A stretch of DNA of 64,000 bases from an uncultured Candidatus Saccharibacteria bacterium (GTDB lineage Bacteria; Patescibacteriota; Minisyncoccia; UBA6257; 1-14-0-10-44-23): the NCBI GenBank assembly GCA_964549935.1, contig CAZJVT010000002.1:121336-185335 (forward strand), read 5' to 3'. The position numbers were made by a program, and so were the translations under genes. Each line of letters begins with the position of its first letter. The first letter of the stretch is position 1. Shown here one piece after another: positions 1 through 8,642 of this stretch. The notes beneath the pieces were generated by a model, which was not told the DNA's origin, searched no databases, and worked only from the letters and a program-made list of their open reading frames with translations.

Positions 1-217
1 TTTCCGGGGCAATAACAGTGACCATATCTTTCGAGCAAAGATCACATTTGCGTTTATAAAGCGTTCGCTCATTACGAAACATGATCCGCCTCTGAAATCG
101 ACAATCCGGGCAAAACGTCGGAGCCGGTACGGACATCTTCTCGTAGAACGCAAAGTCCTCCGGCTCAACGGTAAAGTTCTGCTTACAGTTTTGGCAGGTT
201 TTTGTCTCTGGCTGCAT
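1..217 (-). CDS. Partial Cys-rich zinc-ribbon protein (N-terminal 72 aa only; gene runs off the window start). Paralog of the N-terminus of 8643..10370.
   Basis: Reverse complement of 1-217 reads ATG(217)...MQPETKTCQNCKQNFTVEPEDFAFYEKMSVPAPTFCPDCRFQRRIMFRNER... The motif C-x2-C...F.V...D..FY.K..VP.PT.CP.CR.QRR matches 8643..10370 (CRQCSSTFKVEADDIEWYKKFKVPPPTLCPNCRMQRR). It is absent from the ORF track because it is truncated. Confidence 0.45.
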   Translation of the reverse strand, partial: MQPETKTCQNCKQNFTVEPEDFAFYEKMSVPAPTFCPDCRFQRRIMFRNERTLYKRKCDLCSKDMVTVIAPE

Positions 218-255
218 TACCTTTATTCTACCGCCTACCAGCCAGAAACTACAAC

Positions 256-1368
256 CTACGATACCTTAGCAATAACCCCACCGCCGAGCATCTGCCCATT
301 CTTTGCGTAAAAGACAGCGGACTGGCCGGGAGCGACAAATTTCTGCGGCTTACCAAAAGTAATCGACTTACCCTTCATCGTCGCCGGGAAAACCGACTGA
401 CGATAACGGACGCGAACGTAGACGGGAATGGGGCGAGATCCTTCGGCTTCAGGATGACGCTGGGAAATGAAATTTACATTGCTCAATGTCACTTTAGTTG
501 AGTAAAGTGCCTCATCACCTTCGGGTGCGAGGGTTACCGTATTCTTTTTGCTGTCTTTTTTTGCAACGTAGAGCGGGACCGGAGAACCGCCGATGCCGAG
601 CCCCTTGCGCTGACCAATCGTAAAATGGTGCGCGCCTGTGTGTTCGCCAAGCACCTTACCGCTCATCGTCAGCACCTTCCCCTTTTTCTGCGGGATAAAC
701 TCGTCTAAAAACTCCGGGAGTGAAATCTGCCCGAGGAAACAAACTCCCTGCGAGTCCTTTTTCTCGGCATTTGGCAGTTTATACTTCTTTGCTAAGCGGC
801 GAACCTCCGTCTTTTTAATTAAATCGCCGAGCGGGAACAAACAATGCTTGAGCTGCTTTGGCGTAAGCATCCAGAGGAAGTACGACTGGTCCTTGTCAGA
901 ATCACGTGCAGCGTACAACTTGTAACGTGTAACGTAGGAGGGGGTCTTTTTGCCGTTTTGCTTTCTCGCCGACGTTTCACGTTTCACGTTTAACGTTTTA
1001 CGTTTAACGTAGTGCCCGGTGGCAACGTAGTCAGCACCAAGCTCCATGGCGCGCTTAAAAAACATCCCAAACTTAATCTCGTGATTACACATCACATCCG
1101 GGTTTGGCGTGATACCGCTGCGGTAGCCCTCCACCATATAATCCACCACCTTCTGCCGATACTCCTTCTCAAAATCAAAAACGTAAAATGGAATTCCAAG
1201 CGTCTCGGCGGCGCGGCGCGCATCCTCGGCATCCTGTTCAGCGCAGCCATCTACATTCCAGCAACGCAAATGCACCCCAACGACGTTATAGCCCTGGTCC
1301 TTTAAAATCCCGGCGGTGACGGAGCTATCTACCCCGCCGCTCATCCCTACGAAAACAGTCTTTTTCAT
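256..1368 (-). CDS. mnmA: tRNA-specific 2-thiouridylase MnmA
   Basis: N-terminal PP-loop MKKTVFVGMSGGVDSSV, DYVATGHY and DQSYFL motifs; TAG stop. Contains a repeat-encoded insert KRKTLNVKRETSARKQNGKK between HYV and DSDKDQSYFL. Confidence 0.9.
   Translation of the reverse strand: MKKTVFVGMSGGVDSSVTAGILKDQGYNVVGVHLRCWNVDGCAEQDAEDARRAAETLGIPFYVFDFEKEYRQKVVDYMVEGYRSGITPNPDVMCNHEIKFGMFFKRAMELGADYVATGHYVKRKTLNVKRETSARKQNGKKTPSYVTRYKLYAARDSDKDQSYFLWMLTPKQLKHCLFPLGDLIKKTEVRRLAKKYKLPNAEKKDSQGVCFLGQISLPEFLDEFIPQKKGKVLTMSGKVLGEHTGAHHFTIGQRKGLGIGGSPVPLYVAKKDSKKNTVTLAPEGDEALYSTKVTLSNVNFISQRHPEAEGSRPIPVYVRVRYRQSVFPATMKGKSITFGKPQKFVAPGQSAVFYAKNGQMLGGGVIAKVS
916..1012. repeat. 7-nt-periodic array pair (GTAACGT x2 ... 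ACGTTTC/ACGTTTA/ACGTTTT x5) lying inside the mnmA coding sequence, in frame
   Basis: Direct reading: gtaacgtgtaacgta ... gacgtttcacgtttcacgtttaacgttttacgtttaacgtag. On the minus strand it translates to KRKTLNVKRETS. Confidence 0.7.
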
Positions 1369-1373
1369 TCGGC

Positions 1374-1919
1374 CTACAGCTTACCTAAGTATTTGGCAGC
1401 TTTCAAGATGAGCACGCAACTCTGCGCATGAATTATTTTGCAGTCCATAACCATTTGCACTGCCTCTGCAAGTTTCACTTTGTGAATTTTGATAAGCTCT
1501 GACCCATCAGGCCTCGGTGCCCCAAACGAAAGTTTGCGAGCGATAAATTGCCACGAGGGCGCAAATAGTGCACTTGTCATCGGATCTACCCGGCCGAGCT
1601 CAATCCACTCCTGCGCTTCGATACCAGACTCCTCTTTGAGCTCACGCTTCGCAGTCTGCAGCGGTGTTTCGCCAGGATCGACTGCACCGGAAACGACTTC
1701 GAAGCTTTGCTCGCCTATCGCGTAGCGGAATTCTTCCGTCAGGTATGCGTAACCATCATCGTCTATCGCAAGGATAGAAGACCCCTGCGCCATATTCACT
1801 AAAGCAAATGTTCCCTCTGAATTGTCGGGTCGTATCACCTGGTCGAGCCGAAGAGTTACCCATTTGTCGTGGTATCGCTCCTCACTCGATTTAATTTTCC
1901 ACGGGCCGTGGTCCTGCAT
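1374..1919 (-). CDS. NUDIX hydrolase
   Basis: Nudix box GAVDPGETPLQTAKRELKEESGI. Confidence 0.75.
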   Translation of the reverse strand: MQDHGPWKIKSSEERYHDKWVTLRLDQVIRPDNSEGTFALVNMAQGSSILAIDDDGYAYLTEEFRYAIGEQSFEVVSGAVDPGETPLQTAKRELKEESGIEAQEWIELGRVDPMTSALFAPSWQFIARKLSFGAPRPDGSELIKIHKVKLAEAVQMVMDCKIIHAQSCVLILKAAKYLGKL

Positions 1920-1921
1920 AC

Positions 1922-2461
1922 TTAACCGATAAACTTTTGAAATACCGTCAATAACTTTACGACATAACCCTTTGTCTTTTCATCAATCAGATTGCCGGCC
2001 TCATCAAAAATTCCCGGCACAAAACCATTCACATAAAATTCTGGCTGACCCAGAACGCGAGCATCAAGGTAGAGCAGGATTTCTTTCAAATGACTCTGCG
2101 CAACTGCAGTGCCAACAGAACCGCCCGCACCCATCATCGCAACCGGCTTACCGGCCCAAGCATTGTCGCCGTAGGGTCGACTCGTCCAGTCCAACAAATT
2201 TTTAAGCGCGCCGGGGATTGAGCGGTTAAATTCCGGCGTAGCGATGATGATGCCGTCTGCCGCACGAATCTTTTGCTTAAGCTCGGTGGCTGCAGCCGGA
2301 AACTGCGCTTCGAGATCCTGGTTAAACATCGGCAACTGACTAAAGTCGATAATGGTTACGCTCATCTCCGCAGGCGCAGCAGCCACAACAGCGCGCAGCA
2401 AGCCCTTGTTAATCGACTTCTCTCGTAGACTGCCGGCGAATGCAATAATGTTTTTTGCCAT
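1922..2461 (-). CDS. NADPH-dependent FMN reductase family flavoprotein
   Basis: MAKNIIAFAGSLREKSINKGL...IIATPEFNRSIPGALKNLLDW, typical of the SsuE/YieF-type FMN_red fold. Confidence 0.75.
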   Translation of the reverse strand: MAKNIIAFAGSLREKSINKGLLRAVVAAAPAEMSVTIIDFSQLPMFNQDLEAQFPAAATELKQKIRAADGIIIATPEFNRSIPGALKNLLDWTSRPYGDNAWAGKPVAMMGAGGSVGTAVAQSHLKEILLYLDARVLGQPEFYVNGFVPGIFDEAGNLIDEKTKGYVVKLLTVFQKFIG

Positions 2462-2521
2462 ATTTTTATTGTATTAGATCCCTCGGCTTCGGGATGACGC
2501 AACTAGCGTCATTTTAAATTT

Positions 2522-3910
2522 TTATTTTGAAAAGTGCGCTCGGGTACTTTTTAACTGTTCAGCGTTGTTGGCGGTGACCCAGTAGCCGACGTGACGATGC
2601 AGGACAAGCTTATTCGCGGCAGCCAGCTTCGGAAAGATATCGTTTTCAATCATGAAGCGCCCCGACATCCCATCAAATACATCCGGCTGTAAATAATAAT
2701 GCCCAATACTCACAAGCCCGTGCTCCGCACTGGGGTCTTTTTCTTTGAACTTGCAAACTCGCTTGTGCTCATCGCACTCAATCAATCCAAATGTTTTCGC
2801 ATCGCTGATATCAGCGGCCGAGAGCACGTTGTATTTGTTGCCACAACTATGCCGAATGAGCGAGGCTAAGCTAACATCCGCAAAGTCGTCACAGTTGATG
2901 CCGATAAACGACTCGCGAGTATCACCAAGTGCTAATTTCATTGCACCGCCAGTACCAAGCGGCTCCTGCTCAATGACATAGGAAACATCAGTGTGCCCAT
3001 TTTCCTTGAGCCAAGCGACGACCATCTCCGCCTTATAACCAAGCGCGAGGTGAATATTGAAAAATCCCTGCTTATGCAACTCATCAATCTGCCGCTGCAG
3101 CATCGGTTTGCCGGCCACATCAACCAAACACTTAGGCTTATCTTTTTCATTTTCGGGCATTCTCGTCCCCCTGCCCCCGGCTAAAATGATGACCGGGATG
3201 TGATATTTTTGATCCGCTGTAATTCGATACTTATCGCGCAAAACCGCCTCGGCTTTTTCGATGTCTTCGGGGTAACCAATCGGAAGCCAAAAATCAGACG
3301 GCTCAACAAAAAAAACGTGCTCCTGCATCATCTGCCGAATCTGATCGGTTGCCCAATACTCACCGGTGCGACTGAGAGCTGCCGGATACTGGAAAATCTT
3401 GCTGCTTAAAACAAAAACTGCCAGCGAAACTAGATTCGATTTAGGGTTTTCGGGAGTCTCCTCGAAACCGATCACTTTCCCCTGTGCATCTGCTTCGATT
3501 ACACCGAAGCGCTTGGGATTTTCGTGCGTATGCACTAAAACAGCGTGATCATGTTTGAGTAGTTTCTGTATCGCAGCCGTACTCTGCAAATCGTCGCCCA
3601 TCATAAACAAAAACTTCTCGTCTGAACCAATCAGGTCTTTGCAGAGCATCAAGGCATGCCCGGTACCGAGCTGCTCCTTCTGCCAAACATATGTAATTGT
3701 ACGGCCGTCAAATTTTTTACCAAAGTATTTTTCAATCTTCTCACCCTTATAACCGATGATAATGAGGAGCTCATCAATCTCTCGGGGTAGGCTTTCGATG
3801 ACATGCTGCAAAATTGGCTTGCCAAGAACCTCGAGCATCGGCTTCGGAGTCTCGAGCGTGAGCGGACGCATCCGTTTCCCTTCCCCGGCGGCAAGAATAA
3901 TGGCTTTCAT
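2522..3910 (-). CDS. Tandem (two-domain) sugar-phosphate nucleotidyltransferase
   Basis: Two NTP_transferase N-termini: MKAIILAAGEGKRMRPLT...KPML and IPVIILAGGRGTRM...KPKCL..AGKPML. Confidence 0.7.
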   Translation of the reverse strand: MKAIILAAGEGKRMRPLTLETPKPMLEVLGKPILQHVIESLPREIDELLIIIGYKGEKIEKYFGKKFDGRTITYVWQKEQLGTGHALMLCKDLIGSDEKFLFMMGDDLQSTAAIQKLLKHDHAVLVHTHENPKRFGVIEADAQGKVIGFEETPENPKSNLVSLAVFVLSSKIFQYPAALSRTGEYWATDQIRQMMQEHVFFVEPSDFWLPIGYPEDIEKAEAVLRDKYRITADQKYHIPVIILAGGRGTRMPENEKDKPKCLVDVAGKPMLQRQIDELHKQGFFNIHLALGYKAEMVVAWLKENGHTDVSYVIEQEPLGTGGAMKLALGDTRESFIGINCDDFADVSLASLIRHSCGNKYNVLSAADISDAKTFGLIECDEHKRVCKFKEKDPSAEHGLVSIGHYYLQPDVFDGMSGRFMIENDIFPKLAAANKLVLHRHVGYWVTANNAEQLKSTRAHFSK

Positions 3911-3913
3911 AGT

Positions 3914-4047
3914 TAGCGTTTAACGTACAGCGTAAAACTTGTAACGTTTGACTACAAGCATACCAAAATTGACCAAAGTATCAAAATGTACTAAAATTGC
4001 CTTCATTAAATCTTAACGTTCCACGTTGCGCGTTTCACGTTACATAC
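3914..4047. repeat. Two 7-nt-periodic ACGT-type arrays in the divergent intergenic region between the nucleotidyltransferase gene and efp
   Basis: agcgtttaacgtacagcgtaaaacttgtaacgtttgac (3914-3951) and cttaacgttccacgttgcgcgtttcacgttacatac (4012-4047). Confidence 0.6.
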
Positions 4048-4051
4048 TCCC

Positions 4052-4633
4052 ATGCTCGCATATAACGAACTCAACGAAGGTGTCATGTTTGTCTACGAAG
4101 GTCAGCCGTACCAGGTTATTTCCTTTGCATTTTTACGCATGCAGCAGCGTAAACCAGTTGCGCAGACCGATATCAAGAATTTAATAACCGGCAAGCTTTT
4201 GCAGCGCAACTTCCACTCCAACGAGGTCTTTGAAGAGGTGGAAATCGAAAAAGAAGAGTGTAAGTACATGTACAACACCAAGGGCCAGTTCTGGTTCTCG
4301 GCTAAAAACGACCCGAGCAAGCGCTTCTCTCTTACTGAAGAGCAGGCCGGAACTGCCGCTCACTTCACCAAGCCGAACACGATTGTCACTGCGCTTCGCT
4401 GGAAGGGCGATATCATCAACGTCCTCTGGCCTATAAAGGCTGACCTCAAAATCACCGAGACTCCGCCGGGCGAAAAGGGCAACTCGGCCAGCAACACGAC
4501 TAAGACGGCGAAAGTTGAAACTGGCGCAGAGATTCAGGTCCCGATGTTCGTCAACAATGGCGACATCGTCCGTATCAACACCTCGAGCGGAGCTTACGTC
4601 GAGCGCGTCGAGAAAGGAGCCGGAGGTTTATAA
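4052..4633 (+). CDS. efp: Elongation factor P
   Basis: Full-length EF-P; C-terminal GAEIQVPMFVNNGDIVRINTSSGAYVERV; TAA stop. Confidence 0.9.
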   Translation: MLAYNELNEGVMFVYEGQPYQVISFAFLRMQQRKPVAQTDIKNLITGKLLQRNFHSNEVFEEVEIEKEECKYMYNTKGQFWFSAKNDPSKRFSLTEEQAGTAAHFTKPNTIVTALRWKGDIINVLWPIKADLKITETPPGEKGNSASNTTKTAKVETGAEIQVPMFVNNGDIVRINTSSGAYVERVEKGAGGL

Positions 4634-4676
4634 CGACACCAAATCAAAACAGCCCGCGAGGGCTGTTTTGATTTAC

Positions 4677-6530
4677 TTACTTTCTACGTTGCTGTGGCGG
4701 CGGGCCGCTTCTCTGCCCCGGAGCCGGAGGTCGCGGTTGCTGACGCGGAGCTCCTGCCAGATTTTGTCGCGGCGGCTGATTCTCTGAAGGTTTCTGCTGC
4801 TGTGCGGGCCTTGGCGCTTGTGGCTGTAGTGGTTTTTCTAAAGGTTTAGCTGCTGAAGCAACATCGCGGCGTTCGTCCTCACGACGCTTTTCTTTGACCG
4901 GTTTGACCTCTGCCTTTTCAACATCAAATTCGATACCCATCGCCGCCAAAACGTCCTGGGCTCTCGCCTGCTTCTCGGCCTTCGGTTGCTTAATAAGTTT
5001 CGGCGCTTTAATCTCGCCCTTCTTAACTTTTTCGTAACAATCCGAACAGTAAACGGGACGATTTGGATTTGGCTTAAATGGTGTCTTAGCTTCTTTGCCG
5101 CAGACTGAACAGACAGCAACGAACAGCTCGTCTCCTTGTTTATTAATGCCCACCATCTCCGGACTCTGCTTAGAAGCCTCCTCCGGGGTTTCGGCCAAAC
5201 TCGAACTCCAACGCGTGATTTCAGTTTCAACCTGGAGTTGTGATTTGGTGTATAGGCGACGCGAGTGCTCGATGATAACGGCCTCACCCGGCGCGTCTAC
5301 GTTGGCCTTAAACGGTATAAGCGTATGCGCAGAAAATGGTCGGGCGTTCATACCGGCGACCATCAAGCGCACATAGAAGTGATAGTTCGGCAGGTTGACG
5401 ATATCCGGGATCATAAACTCCGGCTCAAGCTCCGGCTCTAAAAACTCTGCATCCGTAGCACCAACGCGGAAAATGACGAGCGTACCGCAGTTACCAAAAA
5501 CTGCGTCTCGCACCTTGGTCGACATATCTCCACTGACGAGCTGACCGATATACTGGTGCGCCACCGTCAAATTTAATCGATACTTACGAGCCTCAGAGAG
5601 CACGCCGGCAAATGAATCGGTGGCAAAGTTTTGGAACTCGTCGACGTAGAGGAAGAAATCCTTACGCTCATTTTCTGGAATACGCACGCGCTCCATCGCC
5701 GCCAGCTGAATCTTCGTGATGAGCATTGCGCCAAGCAGCGCCGAGTTGTCTTCTCCGATACGTCCCTTTGAAACGTTCACAAGGAAAATCTTGCGCTCGT
5801 TCATCATCTTGAAAATATCTATCGTGCTGTGAGTCTGACCGACGGTGTTACGGACGAGTCCGGTCGACAAAAACTGACCGACTTTGTTTTGAATCGGAGC
5901 GATTGCCTCACTGCGGAACTTGTCCTGCCATTCCTCGTACTCACTAATCCAAAACGCCCGAACGACGGGGTCTTTGACGTTAGAAACAATTTTTTGGCGG
6001 TAGTCTTTGTCTACCAGCAGACGCGGAATACCCAGCAGCGTCGTACCCGGCGTCTCAAGCAGCGCAAGCACGGCGTTGTTCATAATGTATTCCATACGAG
6101 CACTCCACACGTTACTCCAAATCTTGGTAAAAATACCCATCAGACCTGAAGCGACTAAGTGTTTGTACTTCGGGTCGGGCAGCTCGAGCACGTTAAAGCC
6201 CATTGGGAATTCCGTATCCGCCGGGTTAAAGTACACGACGTCGTCGAGGCGTTCCTTTGGAATCATTTTTAAAATACCTTCAACGAGCTCACCGTGCGGG
6301 TCAACGACACAAAGTCCGTCCCCGTTCATCACGTCCTGCGAGATGATATTGTGCAGCATCGAGGACTTGCCGGTACCGGTCTTACCGATAACGTACATGT
6401 GCTGACGACGGTCTTTGCGCGCAATGCCAAAAAGCCGCTCCTCGCCGCGGTAGTCAGTTTTGCCAAAATAAACAACGTCGCTCCCGACCGCATGGCCGGC
6501 GTTGCCGCCTCTCTGAATCGTTTCGGACAT
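4677..6530 (-). CDS. Type IV coupling protein (VirD4/TraG/TrwB)-like or HerA/FtsK-like P-loop ATPase. Carries a C-terminal YacG-like zinc ribbon and a Pro/Gln-rich tail.
   Basis: Walker A VIGKTGTGKS, DPHGEL, DEFQNF and AHQ motifs. C-terminus CSVCGKEAKTPFKPNPNRPVYCSDCYEK. Start placed at MSETIQ (6530). The track ORF extends to 6599 across an ACGT heptamer array at 6541-6570. Confidence 0.7.
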   Translation of the reverse strand: MSETIQRGGNAGHAVGSDVVYFGKTDYRGEERLFGIARKDRRQHMYVIGKTGTGKSSMLHNIISQDVMNGDGLCVVDPHGELVEGILKMIPKERLDDVVYFNPADTEFPMGFNVLELPDPKYKHLVASGLMGIFTKIWSNVWSARMEYIMNNAVLALLETPGTTLLGIPRLLVDKDYRQKIVSNVKDPVVRAFWISEYEEWQDKFRSEAIAPIQNKVGQFLSTGLVRNTVGQTHSTIDIFKMMNERKIFLVNVSKGRIGEDNSALLGAMLITKIQLAAMERVRIPENERKDFFLYVDEFQNFATDSFAGVLSEARKYRLNLTVAHQYIGQLVSGDMSTKVRDAVFGNCGTLVIFRVGATDAEFLEPELEPEFMIPDIVNLPNYHFYVRLMVAGMNARPFSAHTLIPFKANVDAPGEAVIIEHSRRLYTKSQLQVETEITRWSSSLAETPEEASKQSPEMVGINKQGDELFVAVCSVCGKEAKTPFKPNPNRPVYCSDCYEKVKKGEIKAPKLIKQPKAEKQARAQDVLAAMGIEFDVEKAEVKPVKEKRREDERRDVASAAKPLEKPLQPQAPRPAQQQKPSENQPPRQNLAGAPRQQPRPPAPGQRSGPPPQQRRK

Positions 6531-6618
6531 ATGAATAGTATAACGTAAAACGTAAAGCGTGTAACGTTTTCGCCAATTGCGAAGCAAGGCGTTAATCACT
6601 CAAAATGCGAAGTAAAAT

Positions 6619-6969
6619 CTAGAGCCTCCGTATGATTCCCCAAAGCATCTTGCCTATTCTATCGGCCTTCGCGAGAAGACGCTGATAATCCTCAGCAGAG
6701 ATATATTTTTGTCGTAAAGCAAAATCAATAATATATACTGACTCGCGCAACGAGCCGTAGGCTATTTCTGCAAAATTTTTCAGCACCGCCTTCCGCTGCC
6801 GAGCATAACCCTCGATATAGTTTAAGGCGACAGAAAGGGCAGATCTACGAAGCTGAGAAGTTACGCCAAATAATTCTTCTTTTGGGAATGACCGGGTAAC
6901 GCGATATATGTCGTCAACATATTCGTCTAACAATTTTTGAAATTGTTCGTGAAAATTCTCTTCCGCCAT
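6619..6969 (-). CDS. Four-helix-bundle protein (23S rRNA intervening-sequence protein family)
   Basis: ELFGVTSQLRRSALSVALNYIEGY... pattern of TIGR02436-like proteins. Confidence 0.7.
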   Translation of the reverse strand: MAEENFHEQFQKLLDEYVDDIYRVTRSFPKEELFGVTSQLRRSALSVALNYIEGYARQRKAVLKNFAEIAYGSLRESVYIIDFALRQKYISAEDYQRLLAKADRIGKMLWGIIRRL

Positions 6970-6989
6970 ATCTTTTGCATTCGCTAGTT

Positions 6990-7034
6990 TACGATCAACG
7001 CTTCACGATCTACGTTCTACGCTTCACGATCTAG
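6990..7034. repeat. 7-nt-periodic array (CGATCAA/CGCTTCA/CGATCTA/CGTTCTA...) filling the pepA to 4HB-gene spacer
   Basis: acgatcaacgcttcacgatctacgttctacgcttcacgatctag. It overlaps the pepA stop codon. Confidence 0.65.
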
Positions 7035-8581
7035 CCCAAGGTTTCACGTACTTCCGCCCACTTCATCGCAAGCGTCACAAAGTAGCGTACGCCAAAACCG
7101 GCTGCGCCCTTGCTAAGCTGCTCCTCCTCCGGGTTAGTCGTCATGCGCGGGGCCATATCGATGTGGGCAAAGTTAGCACCCTTAGCGAAGTGAGATAAAA
7201 ACGCTGCACCGTGCGAAGCGCCACCCCAACGAGTGTTAGTACGATCAGTATTGATGACGTCCGCCAAATTACCTTCAACGTCCTTTTCAAACTCTTCAGT
7301 CAGCGGCAGCGGCCAGACGCGGTCGTCACACTCATCACCTATTTTTTCAAGCGCATCCTGGAGTTTTTTATTATTTTTTACAAACAGTCCCGAAAAACGC
7401 GTACCAAGTGCAACCATCGCGGCACCGGTCAAAGTCGCCAGCGTCACGATGAGCTCCGGCTTCTTTGTCTTTGCGTACTCAATAGCGTCGGCGAGAATCA
7501 CGCGGCCCTCGGCGTCAGTGTTACCAATTTCGATTGTCTTGCCACCGTAAGCCTTCACGATGTCTCCTTGGCGATAACTGAAACCACTGACCATGTTTTC
7601 GACGGCTGGGATTAAGCCGATTATGTTAATCGGAATCTTAAGCGCAGCAATAGCTTTAATCGCGTAAATGACCGCGGCACCGCCCGACATATCCATGTGC
7701 ATCTCCGCCATCGAGGAGCCCGGCTTTAAGTTGAGCCCGCCCGAATCAAACGTTACGCCCTTACCGATAAATGCGATCGGGCGCTCCGTCTTTTTACCGC
7801 CGCTATACTCCATAATCACCAGACAGGGCTTACTAGCCGAACCCTGACCGACAGCCAAGATTGCATTCATACCCTCCTGTTTCAAACGTTTCTCATCAAA
7901 AACTGTGACTTTAATGGAACCATTCCCGCCTTTGGCGGGACCTGCGGCGTTCGTGACAGTACGCGCAGCCTCGGCCATTCCCTCCGGCTTTAAGTCGCTC
8001 GGCGGGAAGTTCGAAAGCGTACGGCATTCATTCAAACTCTCAGCCATTATCTCGCCGACTTTAACCATCTCGGAACACTTCTTGGCCTCATGATGCGTTG
8101 CGAGCATAACCGTCTCGACACGCTTCCAGCCGTCTGCCGGCGGCGTCTTAAACTGCTCACTGAAGTCGTAATGGGCGTAAAGCGCGTTCCCGGAGACAAG
8201 CGCACACATCCGCTCGGCGTTAACATTGTTACGCTCAAAGTCATCTACGTAGATAGCGGCGACTTTAAAACCCTCCACCTTGGCCGTGCGGATAAAACGA
8301 CGCGCTAAAAGCACGAGCTTCTTCTCCGTAAAATCATTCTCGATCGCGACAAAAGCAAAAGCCGGAATATTATTGAGACGAATGAGCTTGCTCTCGCCCG
8401 CTTTACGCTGACGGCTAGCGGCATAGTTTTGAAGTAGCAGCTGGTCAGCCTTAGAAAGCAGAGAAAAAAGTTCGCCCCAGACCTCTGGCTTCCCTTTGGA
8501 ATCAAGCCAAACCGGCAGTAAAATCACATCGACGTGTTTAAGCGAGGCAGCGGTCGGCTTTGTTTCAATAGTAAATTTCAT
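7031..8581 (-). CDS. pepA: Leucyl aminopeptidase (M17 family)
   Basis: M17 signature NTDAEGRVILADAI; typical N- and C-domain layout. Confidence 0.85.
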   Translation of the reverse strand: MKFTIETKPTAASLKHVDVILLPVWLDSKGKPEVWGELFSLLSKADQLLLQNYAASRQRKAGESKLIRLNNIPAFAFVAIENDFTEKKLVLLARRFIRTAKVEGFKVAAIYVDDFERNNVNAERMCALVSGNALYAHYDFSEQFKTPPADGWKRVETVMLATHHEAKKCSEMVKVGEIMAESLNECRTLSNFPPSDLKPEGMAEAARTVTNAAGPAKGGNGSIKVTVFDEKRLKQEGMNAILAVGQGSASKPCLVIMEYSGGKKTERPIAFIGKGVTFDSGGLNLKPGSSMAEMHMDMSGGAAVIYAIKAIAALKIPINIIGLIPAVENMVSGFSYRQGDIVKAYGGKTIEIGNTDAEGRVILADAIEYAKTKKPELIVTLATLTGAAMVALGTRFSGLFVKNNKKLQDALEKIGDECDDRVWPLPLTEEFEKDVEGNLADVINTDRTNTRWGGASHGAAFLSHFAKGANFAHIDMAPRMTTNPEEEQLSKGAAGFGVRYFVTLAMKWAEVRETLG

Positions 8582-8642
8582 ACGCGTTTTAAAATTAGGA
8601 TAGTATTTCCTAGCTTACTCGCTTTCATTCTGAATTGCAAAA

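Noticed and set aside
202-1305. Plus-strand ORFs 202..501, 638..925 and 1012..1305 antisense to mnmA. Similar antisense ORFs lie inside pepA, the T4CP-like genes, dnaK, dnaE and others.
   Set aside because: They overlap well-supported conserved genes on the opposite strand and have no motifs or ribosome-binding sites.
4677-6599. Upstream start (6599) for the T4CP-like ATPase, giving an MINALLRNWRKRYTLYVLRYTIH extension
   Set aside because: The extension is encoded by an ACGT heptamer array. MSETIQ (6530) was chosen as the start instead. The longer form cannot be excluded, because the same arrays are demonstrably translated in mnmA and trmD.
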